This document shows positions 15,701 through 26,625 of a stretch of 59,988 bases of DNA, one piece after another (positions within the stretch are counted from its first letter, which is position 1; each line of letters starts with the position of its first letter). A program made the position numbers and the translations under genes. The notes beneath the pieces are model-generated. The model was not told the DNA's origin, did not search any database, and saw only the letters and a list, made by a program, of their open reading frames with translations. This stretch comes from Gemmatimonadales bacterium (lineage in GTDB: Bacteria > Gemmatimonadota > Gemmatimonadetes > Gemmatimonadales > GWC2-71-9), in contig JBBCJC010000013.1 in NCBI GenBank assembly GCA_037189525.1, positions 1 to 59,988 on the forward strand, given 5' to 3'.

Positions 15701-16051
15701 GGACTTGGCTCCCACTGGGATGTCTGGATGCTGGCCAAGGCCGCCGGCGCGATGACGGCCCTCGAAGTTGCCAGTATGCACGGCGCCATCTTCCTCGGCA
15801 TGGAAGACGACCTCGGATCGATCTCGGTGGGCAAGTTGGGCGACCTGATGGTGCTCGACGGCAACCCGCTCGACAACATCCGGAATACCGCGGGCATCCG
15901 CTACGTCATGAAGGCGGGCACGCTCTACGATGCGATGTCGCTCGACGAAATCTGGCCGACCCAGCGCCGCTACGGCGACAGCTACTGGATGGTGCCCGAG
16001 ATGTACCGGCAGGACACCAAGTCGGTCGACACTTGGGACCGGCCCCGCTGA
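12767..16051 (+). CDS. Secreted amidohydrolase with N-terminal TolB-like (PD40) beta-propeller repeats
   Basis: Signal peptide, repeated SPDG motifs, PGWVDTHAH metal motif, GSISVGKLGDLMVLDGNPL C-terminus. Confidence 0.88.
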   Translation: MTIRALLTSIALTLAVTSNVGAQAPADTGWDVTKPRGQTRTVDFTVSEGTWTSVDVSPDRQWLVFDLIGSIYRLPAAGGTAENLTAASGIAVNSHPRISPDGKTIAFISDRGGQANLWIMDADGRNPRAAAVDPTSTMRSPVWTADGQYLIVVKSPNLFGRSLMMYHRNGGRGIELVKGDIGRAPSRPVISADGRYLYYDVYTAQPTGFWGQDDALKGAVQIHRYDMRTGEVRPITAGQSGQQDRGTSGGAYAAEPSPDGRYLAFIRKVPGGTLEYKGQRFGPRSALWIRDLQSGSERLAMDPVEMDLAEESIPVNGTYPGYRWTADNHIVIHQGGKIRKLDVASGQVSTIPFTARVQRTMSEQIWVKNKLSDGAFDVRFIRWASASPDGKRLAFQALGRIHLMDLPGGAPRRLTPADFQPLEFQPAWSPDGQSIAFTTVDDANRGGLWRIAASGGAPQRLTADAGEYLNPAWTPDGGEIIVARGSGATARASTLGRNPYFDLIRISAQGGAETDIVQVAGSGAQLRATVGSDGRVFYAISKGFGADGFGVEVASIRMDGTDRRVLANVRHADDAAVSPDGQWVAFKQGSNIYLAPIPVGGSGNQTPLIAKTGGTFNAKPLTTTGGLLPRWRNATTLDYASADRFFAHNTSSGRTDTTTVKLSANRAVAAGTVALTGARIITLDKQRVIDRGTVVVRNGRISCVGDCPTTGVDRVIDVAGKTVIPGWVDTHAHHHREHMGMMPRQNFESAIYLAYGVTTTSDPSTSSLAAFPTAEMIEAGVMVGPRVFSVSEALTNGDSPGTNDVTSRDVALNEIRRRQSWGTIMLKQYLQPTRRQRQWAVDAARQLGMRATAEGSADMTHKIGMVMDGYTGGEHATVHAPLYADLTTFFGKSRYVYAHTPLVSGYGAWNEEFFWQESPIWLDPKQQKWVPWRQLIPHTRRFIMRPETDYSKDIMAQQIADVVAAGGYSSVGSHGQQAGLGSHWDVWMLAKAAGAMTALEVASMHGAIFLGMEDDLGSISVGKLGDLMVLDGNPLDNIRNTAGIRYVMKAGTLYDAMSLDEIWPTQRRYGDSYWMVPEMYRQDTKSVDTWDRPR

Positions 16052-16076
16052 CCGACTGACACGGCCGCCGAGATAC

Positions 16077-16114
16077 ACGAGCGCCCGGACGCGAGGATGC
16101 GTCCGGGCGCTCGT
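16077..16114. terminator. Hairpin between convergent genes
   Basis: Perfect 16-bp stem ACGAGCGCCCGGACGC / GCGTCCGGGCGCTCGT with a 6-nt loop; no U-tract. Confidence 0.55.
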
Positions 16115-16129
16115 CATTCGAGCCTCACC

Positions 16130-17266
16130 TCAGGCGCCCCAGATTTCCTTCGCAAACCGGACGTAGTTGAGGCCGAGCACCTTCTCGGTTACCCGGGCAC
16201 CGACCCCCGATTTGTCGAGCGCGCGGGCCAGTGCCCTGAACTGATTCGGCCCGGTCAATCCCTGCGCAAAAGGAAGCACCTTGGGATCCTCACCCGTCGA
16301 CGCGGTGCGTGCCTCGAGACGGCGGCGGACGAAGTCACCCCAGTAAGCCCGGACGCCATCCATGTCACCGAGATCGACGATCCCGTAGTCGGTTCCGATG
16401 CCGACATGATCTTCCCCGCACACCTTGATCGCGTGCTTGATGTGCGCCACGACATCGTCGGCCGTCGCTTCCCGACCCCGCGCCAGAAACATCATGAAGT
16501 AGATCCCCACGAATCCGCCCCGCTCGGCCACCAGCTTGAGCTCTTCGTCGGTTTTGTTCCGGGGCACATCCGACAAGGCCCGGCATCCGGTGTGATTGAT
16601 CGAAATCGGCGCCGTGGACGCCCGCGCCGCATCCAGGCAAATCTGCCGATTGCTGTGCGAGAGATCGACCATGACGCGCTTCGCATTGAGACGCGCCACA
16701 ATGTCGCGACCGAGCGGAGTGAGACCCTGATCCGCAGTATCCATCGCCCCGCTGCCCAGCTGATTGCGAACGTTATAGGTCAGCTGGATACAGCGCATGC
16801 CGAGATCGGCAAAAACGTCGACCCGATCGGCCTTGTCGCCGACCATCGTCGCATTCTGAAAGCCAAAGATCAGCCCAACCTTCTTCTCGGCCTTGGCACG
16901 TCGAATATCCTCGGTCGTCATGACCTTGAGCAGATCGTTGGCGTTGGCCCGGATAAACGCATCGTACCGGCCGATGGCCCGCACCGCCGTTTCGAAGTCG
17001 TCACCACCGGGAAGCGTGGAGTTGATGGCGGTCAACCCCGACGCCTTCGCAGCAGCCAGCGCCGTGGCACTCACGATGGCCGGCGGACCGGACGGGCGCG
17101 GGCCGTACGGTTCGTCCAGAAAGCCGAGCGCATTGACGACGATCATGCCCGCGAGCGGATCGGGTTGCGAAATCCCTGGCGCCACCCGACCCAAGGTACG
17201 ACTGACCGGCACCGCGCCGAGTGCAAGAGCGGACGACGACCACAGAAACGAACGGCGACTGACCAT
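16130..17266 (-). CDS. Membrane dipeptidase (peptidase M19) with Tat signal
   Basis: SRRSFL twin-arginine motif; IQLTYN, VDLSHS, RNKTDE, DHVGIGTD motifs. Confidence 0.88.
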   Translation of the reverse strand: MVSRRSFLWSSSALALGAVPVSRTLGRVAPGISQPDPLAGMIVVNALGFLDEPYGPRPSGPPAIVSATALAAAKASGLTAINSTLPGGDDFETAVRAIGRYDAFIRANANDLLKVMTTEDIRRAKAEKKVGLIFGFQNATMVGDKADRVDVFADLGMRCIQLTYNVRNQLGSGAMDTADQGLTPLGRDIVARLNAKRVMVDLSHSNRQICLDAARASTAPISINHTGCRALSDVPRNKTDEELKLVAERGGFVGIYFMMFLARGREATADDVVAHIKHAIKVCGEDHVGIGTDYGIVDLGDMDGVRAYWGDFVRRRLEARTASTGEDPKVLPFAQGLTGPNQFRALARALDKSGVGARVTEKVLGLNYVRFAKEIWGA

Positions 17267-17384
17267 GAGTGGCAGCTCCGATTGAAACACGGTTCGACAA
17301 GGACGATGCGGACGCCGGAGAGAATATCACGACGTCCGCATCATTGCCACGAATCCGAGCATCGGCAGGCTCGGACCGCGCCGT

Positions 17385-19820
17385 CTACTGCGCCCGGATC
17401 ACCACGCCGGGATCGATCCGGGCCGCGCGCACGGCAGGAATCCAGCAGGCAACCAGCCCGATGACCGCCATGAGGAGCGCGACCACGAGCAGGGTCGACG
17501 GGTCGTGCGGCGCAACACCATAGAGCAAGCCCTGGATCATCCGGGTCGCCAGCAGGGAGCCGACCAACCCCAGCACCAGACCCACGCCGAGCAGGACTCC
17601 CCCTTCGGAGATGATCATCCGCTGGACTCGGCCGCTGTCGGCGCCGAGACTCATGCGAATCCCGATTTCCCTGGTGCGCGCGCTGACCGAGAAAGCCAGC
17701 ACCCCGGCAATGCCCACGGCGGCAATCAGCACCGCGAGCGCTCCGAAGGCGGCCACCAGCGTGGCATTGAGCCGCCGCGGCGCCACCCGCTCACCCTTGA
17801 GCTCGGCCACGGTCCGGATATTCTCGATCGGCGCCCGCGGCGCGATCTTGCGCACCAACTGGGTTGCCGCCGGCGCCATCGTCGCGGCATCCCCGCGGGC
17901 GCGAATCACGATCCCGCCGCCAAACATCCCCTGGGTCAGCGGATGGAAGAGCACCGGTCGAGACCCGCCGTCGAGCCCGTCGTCCTTGGTATCGGCGACC
18001 ACGCCGACTACGGTGCGCCAGTCGCCGCTCACGGGAATGAACCGCAGCACGTCACCGGTCCAAGCCACCCGGCGACCGATCGGATCGAGCCCGGGAAAGA
18101 GCCGGTCGGCCAGTGTCTTGTTGAGGATCACCACCATCGCGGTTCCCTGCCCGTCGGTCACATCGAAGGCGCGACCCGCGATGACCGGCACCCCGGCGGC
18201 CCGGAAGAACTCCGGACTCGCCGTACGGTAGTCGGCGCGAGGCATCGGCTCGTCGGGCGCCACATCCCGACCCTCCGCTTTGACTTCGAGCTGGAAGCTG
18301 TTCGCCAACGGCATGGTCGACCCGATGCCTACTTCCATGACTCCTGGGATTCCGGCCAACTCAGCCTGCATCCGCTGATAGAGCGCGACCTGATCCGCCT
18401 GGCTGCGGCCGGCTTCGTCGACCGCCACCTGCATGGTGAGCACTTCATTGCCCGCATCGAAGCCGGTATCGACCTCCGACAGGCGCAGCATCGACCGCGT
18501 CAGCAACCCTGCTCCGGTCAGCAAAATGACCGACACTGCTACCTGCGCAACAACGAGGGCTCGCTGCAATCGCTGGCGCCCGCGCCCGGCCGACGACTTC
18601 CCCGCCCCCGCCAGCGTCGCGGCCAGTACCCGTTCCTTGACCAACCCCGGCGCAAACGACAGCAGCAGAGCGACCACGATGGCCAGCACCAGCGTGAAGC
18701 CCAGCACCACGAGGTCGACCCGGATCTCATCCGCCCGCGGTGAGTAGCGCGCCACCAGCGACGCCAGCATGCCCACCCCGCCGAACGCCACCACCAGACC
18801 GACCAGACTGCCGGCCAGCACCAGCAACCCGTTCTCCACCAATAACAACTGCCGCAGCTTGGCCGTCCCGGCGCCGAGCGCGGTGCGTACCACCAGTTCG
18901 TGCTCGCGCCGCACCCCGCGCATCAGCGTCAGATTGGCCACGTTGGCACACGCGATGATCAGGACGAACGCCGCGGCGCCCATCAGCAACCAGAGCGTCA
19001 ACCGCGCCCGCTCGCCGAGCACTTCCTTGAGGGGGCTGACCGTGACCTTGTAGTTCGAGGCGGCATCGTACGCATCGGGATGGTCGATCTGCACCCGCTT
19101 CCGCACGTCGGCCACCTCGCCGCGCGCCTGCGCCAGCGAAACACCGGGCGCCAGGCGCGCAATCATCTCGGTCATCCGATGAGTGCGCCCATGCACCATG
19201 GTGGCGCTGGTATGGTGCTCACTGATCACCATGTTCATCAGCGCGTCCATCCGATTCGGGAAGTACGGCGCCGACTGCACCACCCCGATCACGGTGACCG
19301 CGCGGTTGTCGATCAGGACGGTTTTCCCGACGATGCTACTGTCGCCCTGAAAGCGATTGAGCCAGTACTCGTGGGTCAGCACCATCACCGGCGGCACCCC
19401 GGTACCGTCATCGTCGGATGTCGTCAGGCGACCGAGCACGGGCCGGAGACCCATGACGCTGAAGTAGTTCCCGGTCACCAGGCCGACGTTGATCCGGACC
19501 GCGTCGTCGGTGCCCTGCAGCGTATAGGTCATGCCCGAATACTCGGCGATACCACCCAGGCTCTTGGCGCCGTTCCGGAAGTCCAGAATTTCCGGCACCG
19601 AAAACAGTACGTTCTCGGCGCCCAGCCCATCGGCCGACTGGCGGAGGTAGACCAGCCGATCGCCGTCCTGATGCGGAAGCGGCTTGAGCAGCACGGCACG
19701 CACGACGGAAAAGATGGCCGTGTTGGCACCGATACCGAGCCCCAGGGTCAGCACGACGGCGAGGGTGAACCCGGGGGATCGAATCAAGGACCTGACGGCG
19801 TACCGAATGTCGCTCAGCAT
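17385..19820 (-). CDS. ADOP-family duplicated ABC permease (MacB/FtsX-like)
   Basis: [61 protein letters not shown]. Confidence 0.92.
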   Translation of the reverse strand: MLSDIRYAVRSLIRSPGFTLAVVLTLGLGIGANTAIFSVVRAVLLKPLPHQDGDRLVYLRQSADGLGAENVLFSVPEILDFRNGAKSLGGIAEYSGMTYTLQGTDDAVRINVGLVTGNYFSVMGLRPVLGRLTTSDDDGTGVPPVMVLTHEYWLNRFQGDSSIVGKTVLIDNRAVTVIGVVQSAPYFPNRMDALMNMVISEHHTSATMVHGRTHRMTEMIARLAPGVSLAQARGEVADVRKRVQIDHPDAYDAASNYKVTVSPLKEVLGERARLTLWLLMGAAAFVLIIACANVANLTLMRGVRREHELVVRTALGAGTAKLRQLLLVENGLLVLAGSLVGLVVAFGGVGMLASLVARYSPRADEIRVDLVVLGFTLVLAIVVALLLSFAPGLVKERVLAATLAGAGKSSAGRGRQRLQRALVVAQVAVSVILLTGAGLLTRSMLRLSEVDTGFDAGNEVLTMQVAVDEAGRSQADQVALYQRMQAELAGIPGVMEVGIGSTMPLANSFQLEVKAEGRDVAPDEPMPRADYRTASPEFFRAAGVPVIAGRAFDVTDGQGTAMVVILNKTLADRLFPGLDPIGRRVAWTGDVLRFIPVSGDWRTVVGVVADTKDDGLDGGSRPVLFHPLTQGMFGGGIVIRARGDAATMAPAATQLVRKIAPRAPIENIRTVAELKGERVAPRRLNATLVAAFGALAVLIAAVGIAGVLAFSVSARTREIGIRMSLGADSGRVQRMIISEGGVLLGVGLVLGLVGSLLATRMIQGLLYGVAPHDPSTLLVVALLMAVIGLVACWIPAVRAARIDPGVVIRAQ

Positions 19821-19882
19821 GGACGACGACCCTCTTAATTCCGCGTGAGATGTGACCTGCGGCTCCGAGCCCTGCGTCTGCC

Positions 19883-20365
19883 TCAATCCCTGACGTAGAA
19901 GGGCGGCGGCTCGATCCCCAGCGCGCGCAAGTAGACGTACCCCTGGGCGCGATGATGAATTTCGTTGTCGATGATATAAAGCAACAGGTTGCAGAGCAGA
20001 TCGGTGTACTCACCGTAGATGGTCATCTTTTCCTGGAACTTTCCCGCCAGCCCCGGCCAGTTCCGGTCGATTTCCACCGTATCCCTGTCCCAGGCCGCCA
20101 GCAACTCGGCCTTGGGCCGAACCGACCGATCCATATCATGGTCCCACTGGCCCGTGGCCACGCCCCGCACGGTCGGCGCCGCCATGGACAACAGTTCCAG
20201 CACCATGACCCCGAACGGGCGCATCCCACCGACCTGATAACTGAACAGCTGATCCTCGGGAAAGGCCTCGATGACCCGCCGGGTCAGCCGGCGATGTCCC
20301 TGCCAGTGGGTCCGGAACCCTTCGGGAGCGATGACGACCTCGGCCGCCGCGGCACCATTGGACAT
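19883..20365 (-). CDS. DinB family protein
   Basis: [19 protein letters not shown]...[21 protein letters not shown]. Confidence 0.88.
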   Translation of the reverse strand: MSNGAAAAEVVIAPEGFRTHWQGHRRLTRRVIEAFPEDQLFSYQVGGMRPFGVMVLELLSMAAPTVRGVATGQWDHDMDRSVRPKAELLAAWDRDTVEIDRNWPGLAGKFQEKMTIYGEYTDLLCNLLLYIIDNEIHHRAQGYVYLRALGIEPPPFYVRD

Positions 20366-20666
20366 AGAGCACCTCCTCGAGAACGATTTTCGGTATTTAT
20401 TCGGCTAGATCCAGAAGCTATCGCCCGAATCGGGGGTCCGCAACCCGGCCCGGACGCCGCTCCGGACGAGGCGCGATCCAAGCTGGTTTCATCCCGAGGT
20501 CCGGCGCCGGGCGCCGCGCCCCGGAGACGCCTTTCAAACCCTTATGAAAAAATGACTTACGCCGCTCGCCCGCGGTTGCTACCGGGCCCGGATGGCGACT
20601 ATATTTCCCTGCTTTGGCGGCCCGCGTCCGGGCCGCCTGAAATCTCTTCCCGAACACCCGAGTCTC

Positions 20667-23144
20667 ATGACCGCACCTCATTCGCGCGAGCGGATTCTTC
20701 CGCGCACGATCGAAGAGGAGATGAGGCAAAGCTTCATCAACTATTCGATGAGCGTGATCGTGTCGCGCGCCCTGCCGGACGTGCGAGACGGTTTGAAGCC
20801 GGTTCACCGCCGGATCCTGAATGCGATGAACGAGTTGGGCCTGGTGCCCGGCCGTCCCTACAAGAAATCGGCGACGGTCGTCGGCGAAGTGCTGGGTAAG
20901 TATCACCCGCACGGCGACGCACCGGTCTACGATGCCTTGGTCCGCATGGTGCAGGATTTTTCGCTGCGCTATCCGCTGATCGATGGGCAAGGCAACTTCG
21001 GCTCGGTCGACGGCGACCCCGCGGCGGCCTATCGGTACACCGAAGCCAAGCTGACCCGCATCGCGGTCGCGATGCTCGAGGATATCGACAAGAACACGGT
21101 CGACTACCAGCCCAACTACGACGATCGGCTCCAGGAGCCGACCGTCCTGCCGTCGAAGATCCCGAGCCTGCTGGTCAACGGTTCGAGCGGTATCGCCGTC
21201 GGCATGGCCACCAACATCCCGCCGCACAATCTGCGGGAAGTTTGCAACGCCATCGCGGTGCTGATCGATAATCCCGACGCGTCGATCCAGGATCTCACGA
21301 AGCACATCCAGGGCCCCGACTTCCCGACCGGCGGGTACATCTACGGGGTGCAGGGTATCCGCGAGGCCTACGAAACCGGCCGCGGCAAAGTCGTAATGCG
21401 GGCGCGGGCTCAGATCGAAGAGAAGGAATCTTCGGGCCGGACCTCGATCGTAGTCACCGAGCTGCCCTATCAGGTCAACAAGGCCACGCTGGCCAAGGAC
21501 ATTGCCCAGCTGGCGGTCGACAAGAAGATCGAAGGCATCTCGGCAGTGCGCGACGAGTCCGACCGGGACGGGATGCGGCTGGTCATCGAACTCAAGCGCG
21601 ACGCGATGGCCCATGTGGTGCTGAACCTGCTGTTCAAGCACACCTCGATGCAGTCGACCTTCGGCGTCATCAACCTCGCGCTGGTCAAGGGCCAGCCGCG
21701 GGTGATGAACCTGAAGGAGATGCTGCAGCACTACATCGAGCATCGCCACGAGATCATCGTCCGCCGGACCCAGTTCGATCTCGACCAGGCCAAGGCGCGG
21801 GAACATATCCTGGAAGGCCTCAAGATCGCCGTCGACAACATCGACGAGGTCGTGAGCATCATCCGGAGTTCCAAGGACGTCGACGAAGCCGACGAACGGC
21901 TCCGCAAGCGCTTCAAGCTCTCCGAGAAGCAGAGCGAAGCGATCCTCAACATGCGGCTCGCCAAGCTCACCGGCCTCGAGATCGAAAAGCTCGAAGCCGA
22001 GTTGGCCGAAGTGCGCGCGATCATTGCGGAGCTGGAGTCGATCCTGGCGTCGTATGAGAAGCGGATGCAGATCCTCAAGGACGAGATGTCGGAAGTGGCG
22101 GAGACCTTCGGGGACGACCGCCGCACCGAGATCATCCCCGATCAGAGCGACTTCTCCATCGAGGATCTGATCGTCGAAGAGGACATGGTGATCACCATCT
22201 CGCACACCGGGTACATCAAGCGGACTCCGGTGTCGACCTATCGGCGGCAGCGGCGAGGCGGCAAAGGCCTCACCGGTGCGACGACCAAGGAAGATGATTG
22301 GATCGAGCACCTCTTCATCGCGAGCACCCACGATTACGTGATGTTCTTCTCGAACCGGGGCCAGGTCTACTGGCTCAAGGTCCACGAGATCCCGCAGGGC
22401 GGGCGCGCCACGCGGGGTAAGCCGATCATCCAGTGTATCGCGATCCGGCCGGACGAGCAGATCACCGCGCTGGTGCCGGTGCGCGAATTCAGCGACAACC
22501 GCTGGCTGACGTTCGCGACCCGGCATGGCACCGTGAAGAAGTCGGTGCTGTCCGACTACGGCAACCCGCGCGCGAACGGCATCATCGCCATCAATATCGA
22601 AGACGGCGACGAACTGATCGACGTCCAGCTGACCGATGGCAACAACGATATCGTCCTGGCAACCAAGGATGGCATGAGCATCCGGTTCCACGAGAGCGAT
22701 GTCCGTCAGATGGGGCGCGCCACGGCCGGCGTCAAGGGAATCGAACTGAGCAAGGGCGACCGGGTCATCGGAATGGTGGTGATCCGCCGGGATGCCACCC
22801 TGCTCGTGGTCAGCGAGAAAGGCTTCGGCAAGCGATCGGAACTGACCGAGTATCGGGTTCAGAAGCGCGGTGGCAAGGGCATCATCACCTTCCACAACAC
22901 CGACAAGACCGGCGATTGTGTCGCGCTCAAGGAAGTGCAGCCGGAAGATGAACTGATGATGATTACCAAAGTCGGTGTGATCATCCGCCTGCCGGTCGAC
23001 GGCATCCGGGTGATCGGTCGCAACACCCAAGGGGTCAGGGTCATGAACCTCGATACCGGCGACACCATCGTCGGCGTGGCACGCGTCGTGAAGGAAGACG
23101 AGTCCGAAACCGAAGCCACCGAGCCGGCCGAGGCGCCGGAATAA
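20667..23144 (+). CDS. gyrA: DNA gyrase subunit A
   Basis: [24 protein letters not shown], catalytic YRYTE, GyrA-box QRRGGKG, C-terminal pinwheel repeats. Confidence 0.97.
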   Translation: MTAPHSRERILPRTIEEEMRQSFINYSMSVIVSRALPDVRDGLKPVHRRILNAMNELGLVPGRPYKKSATVVGEVLGKYHPHGDAPVYDALVRMVQDFSLRYPLIDGQGNFGSVDGDPAAAYRYTEAKLTRIAVAMLEDIDKNTVDYQPNYDDRLQEPTVLPSKIPSLLVNGSSGIAVGMATNIPPHNLREVCNAIAVLIDNPDASIQDLTKHIQGPDFPTGGYIYGVQGIREAYETGRGKVVMRARAQIEEKESSGRTSIVVTELPYQVNKATLAKDIAQLAVDKKIEGISAVRDESDRDGMRLVIELKRDAMAHVVLNLLFKHTSMQSTFGVINLALVKGQPRVMNLKEMLQHYIEHRHEIIVRRTQFDLDQAKAREHILEGLKIAVDNIDEVVSIIRSSKDVDEADERLRKRFKLSEKQSEAILNMRLAKLTGLEIEKLEAELAEVRAIIAELESILASYEKRMQILKDEMSEVAETFGDDRRTEIIPDQSDFSIEDLIVEEDMVITISHTGYIKRTPVSTYRRQRRGGKGLTGATTKEDDWIEHLFIASTHDYVMFFSNRGQVYWLKVHEIPQGGRATRGKPIIQCIAIRPDEQITALVPVREFSDNRWLTFATRHGTVKKSVLSDYGNPRANGIIAINIEDGDELIDVQLTDGNNDIVLATKDGMSIRFHESDVRQMGRATAGVKGIELSKGDRVIGMVVIRRDATLLVVSEKGFGKRSELTEYRVQKRGGKGIITFHNTDKTGDCVALKEVQPEDELMMITKVGVIIRLPVDGIRVIGRNTQGVRVMNLDTGDTIVGVARVVKEDESETEATEPAEAPE

Positions 23145-23157
23145 TCAACGGAATCCC

Positions 23158-24120
23158 ATGACCACGACCGCTTTACCGACCATCTCGCGCGAAGACCTCG
23201 CCCGCACGCAAGCCGCGCTGGCGACGATTGCAGTGCGGACTCCGCTCGTCGAATCTGCCGCGCTGTCGCGACAGTTCGGCGTGCCGGTGCGCGTCAAGTG
23301 CGAACACCATCAGCCGATCGGCGCCTTCAAGATCCGGGGCGCCTACACGGCCATTTCCCGGTTGCCCGAAGCGCAGCGCGCCCGAGGCATCATCACGCAC
23401 TCGAGCGGCAACCACGGCCAGGCCGTGGCCTACGTGGCCAAGCACTTCGGCGTCAAAGCCGTCATCGTGATGCCCGAAACCGCCCCGGCAGTCAAGGTGG
23501 AAGGGATCCGGCGTCACGGCGCCGAGATCGTCTTCACCACCAAGAAGGAACGGGAACAGCGGGCTCAGGACCTGATCGACAAACATGGCTATGTGTTCGT
23601 CGCACCCTACGACAACGTCGATGTCATCATGGGGCAAGGCACCTGCGCGTACGAAATCTTCGAGGACCAGCCGGAAACGTCCCTCCTGATCTCGCCGGTC
23701 GGCGGCGGGGGCATGATCGCGGGTACCTGCGCCGCCATCGCCGCCATCAAGCCCTCGGCGACGATCTATGGCGTCGAGCCGGCGAGTTCGCCCAAGCTCC
23801 GGGCCGCCCTCGATGCCGGGCACCCGGTTCCGTTCGAGCCGGTCGACACACTGGCCGATGGTCTGGTGCCTCCGTCGCTCGGCAGCATCACGCTCGAGTA
23901 CATCAAGCCGGTCGTCAAAGACGCGATTGCGCTGACCGAAGCCGAGATCGCCGCCGGCGTGCGCTTCCTGTTCCGCTCGATGGGCCTCAAGGTGGAGCCC
24001 TCCGGCGCAACTTCGGTTGCGGCGATCCTGGCCGGCAAGATCAAGCCGACCGGACCAACGGCCTGCATTCTGACCGGGGGGAATGTCGACCCCGCGGTGT
24101 TTGCGCGGTTGGTCGGCTGA
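23158..24120 (+). CDS. PLP-dependent threonine/serine dehydratase
   Basis: GAFKIRGA (PLP lysine), SSGNHGQAVA, PVGGGG, VEPSGA, TGGNVD. Confidence 0.9.
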   Translation: MTTTALPTISREDLARTQAALATIAVRTPLVESAALSRQFGVPVRVKCEHHQPIGAFKIRGAYTAISRLPEAQRARGIITHSSGNHGQAVAYVAKHFGVKAVIVMPETAPAVKVEGIRRHGAEIVFTTKKEREQRAQDLIDKHGYVFVAPYDNVDVIMGQGTCAYEIFEDQPETSLLISPVGGGGMIAGTCAAIAAIKPSATIYGVEPASSPKLRAALDAGHPVPFEPVDTLADGLVPPSLGSITLEYIKPVVKDAIALTEAEIAAGVRFLFRSMGLKVEPSGATSVAAILAGKIKPTGPTACILTGGNVDPAVFARLVG

Positions 24121-24126
24121 AGCGCG

Positions 24127-25557
24127 ATGTCCACGCCGGCGTCGCACGTTCTGATCGTTGACGACGACCAGCCCCTCAATCGGTCGCTTTCCTCCATTCT
24201 CGGCGCAGAGGGGTACCGGATCTCCAGCCGGTACTCCGCGTCGGGACTGATCGAGTACCTCGACGACAATCCGGTCGACCTCGTCATCCTGGACATCGGC
24301 CTGCCCGGTGTCGACGGCTTATCGGCGCTCGATACCATCAAGCATCACCCGAGACATCGCGACCTGCCCATCCTAGTGCTGTCGGGATCACCGCCCGGTG
24401 AGGCCTCGGTCGAAGCGTTAGGCCTGGGCGCCGCCGATTTCGTGACCAAGCCCTTTCGGCTGGATGATTTCCTCGCGCGGATCCGAGCCCACCTGCGCGC
24501 AGGGCAGGCGCTCAACGAAGCCCGGAACCAGGCCCGCAGCGACACCCAGCTGATCAGCCTGATCACGGAGGTGTCCGCCGCCGCCACGCCCGCCGAGATT
24601 TTCACGGTCCTGGTGCGCAGAATCGCGACTGGCCTGTCGATTTCGCGCTGCTCGATCGTGCTCGATGACGAGAACGGAGAAACCGCGACCGTCGTGGCGT
24701 CGTCGGAAACGCCCAACCTCCGGCATCTGACGATCGACCTCCGGCGCTATCCCGAACTCGAGAAGCCCATCTCCAGCGGTACCCCGCTGCTGTCGGGCGA
24801 CGTGCGCAGCGACCCGCTCTTCGCCTCGGTTCGCGAACTCTGGCGGGTCGAGGGACGCACGGTTCCGACCACGTCGGTTGCCGTCGTGCCGTTCCAGGTT
24901 CGTGATCGCCCCGCGGCCTTCTTCCTCCGCACGACCGGTTCCGACGCCCGGCTCGGCGAGGCCGATCTCCGCTTTGCCGCCCGGGTCATGGAAGCCGCCA
25001 CCCCGCTCATCTTCCGGGCCTACGACTTCGAAGAAGCGCTGCGCCGTCAGGACGAGATGAAGCAGCTGGCCGAGACCGACCCGCTCACCTCGCTCTACAA
25101 TCGGCGGGCACTCAGGGAACGGCTCGACCACGAATTGGCGCGGGCCCAGCGCCAGAGCACGGTACTCTCCTGCCTGATGCTCGACATCGACCACTTCAAA
25201 CGCCTCAACGACACCTACGGTCATGAACTCGGCGATCGCGTCCTGATCCAGCTGTCCGATCTGTTGCGTCGAGAGCAGCGGGCCATGGATGTGCTGGCTC
25301 GCCTGGGCGGCGAAGAGTTCGTCGTGCTGCTGCCCGAAACCGGTATTCGCGGCGCCCGGATCTACGCCGAGCGGATTCTGCGCAAGGTCAACGCGGCGAC
25401 GCTTGGCACCTCCGAGTATCCCGTCCAGATCACCGTCAGCATCGGGATCGCCACCGTGCCCGACGAACGCGTCACCGATTCGGACTCTCTGCTTCGCCTG
25501 GCCGACGCCAATCTGCTGCGGGCCAAAGCGGACGGGCGGAACCGGTACCGGGACTGA
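24127..25557 (+). CDS. Response-regulator / GAF-like / GGDEF diguanylate cyclase
   Basis: N-terminal REC domain (LIVDDD, LDIGLP, KPF); DIDHFKRLND; RAMD I-site followed by LGGEEF. Confidence 0.92.
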   Translation: MSTPASHVLIVDDDQPLNRSLSSILGAEGYRISSRYSASGLIEYLDDNPVDLVILDIGLPGVDGLSALDTIKHHPRHRDLPILVLSGSPPGEASVEALGLGAADFVTKPFRLDDFLARIRAHLRAGQALNEARNQARSDTQLISLITEVSAAATPAEIFTVLVRRIATGLSISRCSIVLDDENGETATVVASSETPNLRHLTIDLRRYPELEKPISSGTPLLSGDVRSDPLFASVRELWRVEGRTVPTTSVAVVPFQVRDRPAAFFLRTTGSDARLGEADLRFAARVMEAATPLIFRAYDFEEALRRQDEMKQLAETDPLTSLYNRRALRERLDHELARAQRQSTVLSCLMLDIDHFKRLNDTYGHELGDRVLIQLSDLLRREQRAMDVLARLGGEEFVVLLPETGIRGARIYAERILRKVNAATLGTSEYPVQITVSIGIATVPDERVTDSDSLLRLADANLLRAKADGRNRYRD

Positions 25558-25560
25558 GCC

Positions 25561-26586
25561 ATGAGCGGCCTGCGCTGCCCCCGTTGCGGCACCGGCTACG
25601 CACCGCCGGCGCGCTTCTGTATGAAGGACGGCTTTCCCCTGATTGCCGATAACGGCGAAAGCGCGATCCGTCCCTCCCCCAGCCGCCGCGCCAGCGAACG
25701 CAAGCTCGAACGTCCGGCCACGAGCGAACCGGCATCGGCGCTACAGGGCCGTATCATCGACGGACGGTACGCCATCGAGCGCCGAGTCGGCGAAGGCGGG
25801 ATGGCCTACGTCTACCGGGCCGTCGATCGCGAAACGAAGCAACCGGTCGCCGTCAAAGTCCTGATGTCGCGCCTGGCCAACGATCCGGAATCGGTGGCCC
25901 GCCTCAAGCGTGAAGCGCAGCTGGCGCTCAAGCTCAACCATCCGAACGTCTGCGGCCTGCTGGCCTATGGCGAAGCCAATACGCTTCCCTACCTAGTGAT
26001 GCCCTTCCTGGAGGGCGAAACGCTGTCGACCCGGGAAAACCGGACCGGCCCCATGCCAGCCGCGCAGGCCGTCCCGATCCTGGTGCAGATTGCCCACGGC
26101 CTCCAGCACGCGCACGATCAGGGAATCCTGCATCGCGACCTCAAGCCCGAGAACGTGATGCTGGTGCCGGAAACCAGCCGCGAGCGCGCGGTGGTGATGG
26201 ATTTCGGCCTGGCCAAAGAGCGGATTGCCGGCGGTGAGATCTCCAAGTTGACGGCGACCGGGATCGTGCTCGGCACACCCGAGTTCATGAGTCCCGAACA
26301 GATTCGGGGCAAGGCCATCGACCATCGCAGCGATATCTTTGCGCTCGCCGTGCTGGCGTTCGAATTGCTGACCGGCGAGTTGCCGTTCGACGGCACCAAT
26401 GCGCAGGAAACCATGCTCAACCACCTGACCGGAAAGCCGCGGCGGCTCCGCAGCGTCTATCCGGGCGCGTCCGAGCAGCTCGAGCAGGTCATCGGGAAAG
26501 CCATGGAGCACGATCCGTCCGCGCGCTTTGCGTCGATGCGAGAATTCGCCGGCGCCCTTGCTGCCACGATCGGTGGGCCGCGCTAG
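25561..26586 (+). CDS. Hanks-type Ser/Thr protein kinase with N-terminal zinc ribbon
   Basis: CPRC..FCMKDG; GEGGMAYVY, VAVK, HRDLKPEN, DFGLAK, GTPEFMSPEQ. Confidence 0.93.
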   Translation: MSGLRCPRCGTGYAPPARFCMKDGFPLIADNGESAIRPSPSRRASERKLERPATSEPASALQGRIIDGRYAIERRVGEGGMAYVYRAVDRETKQPVAVKVLMSRLANDPESVARLKREAQLALKLNHPNVCGLLAYGEANTLPYLVMPFLEGETLSTRENRTGPMPAAQAVPILVQIAHGLQHAHDQGILHRDLKPENVMLVPETSRERAVVMDFGLAKERIAGGEISKLTATGIVLGTPEFMSPEQIRGKAIDHRSDIFALAVLAFELLTGELPFDGTNAQETMLNHLTGKPRRLRSVYPGASEQLEQVIGKAMEHDPSARFASMREFAGALAATIGGPR

Positions 26587-26625
26587 GCTACTGACCGACA
26601 CCGTTCCGACAATCGAGGGTCATCC

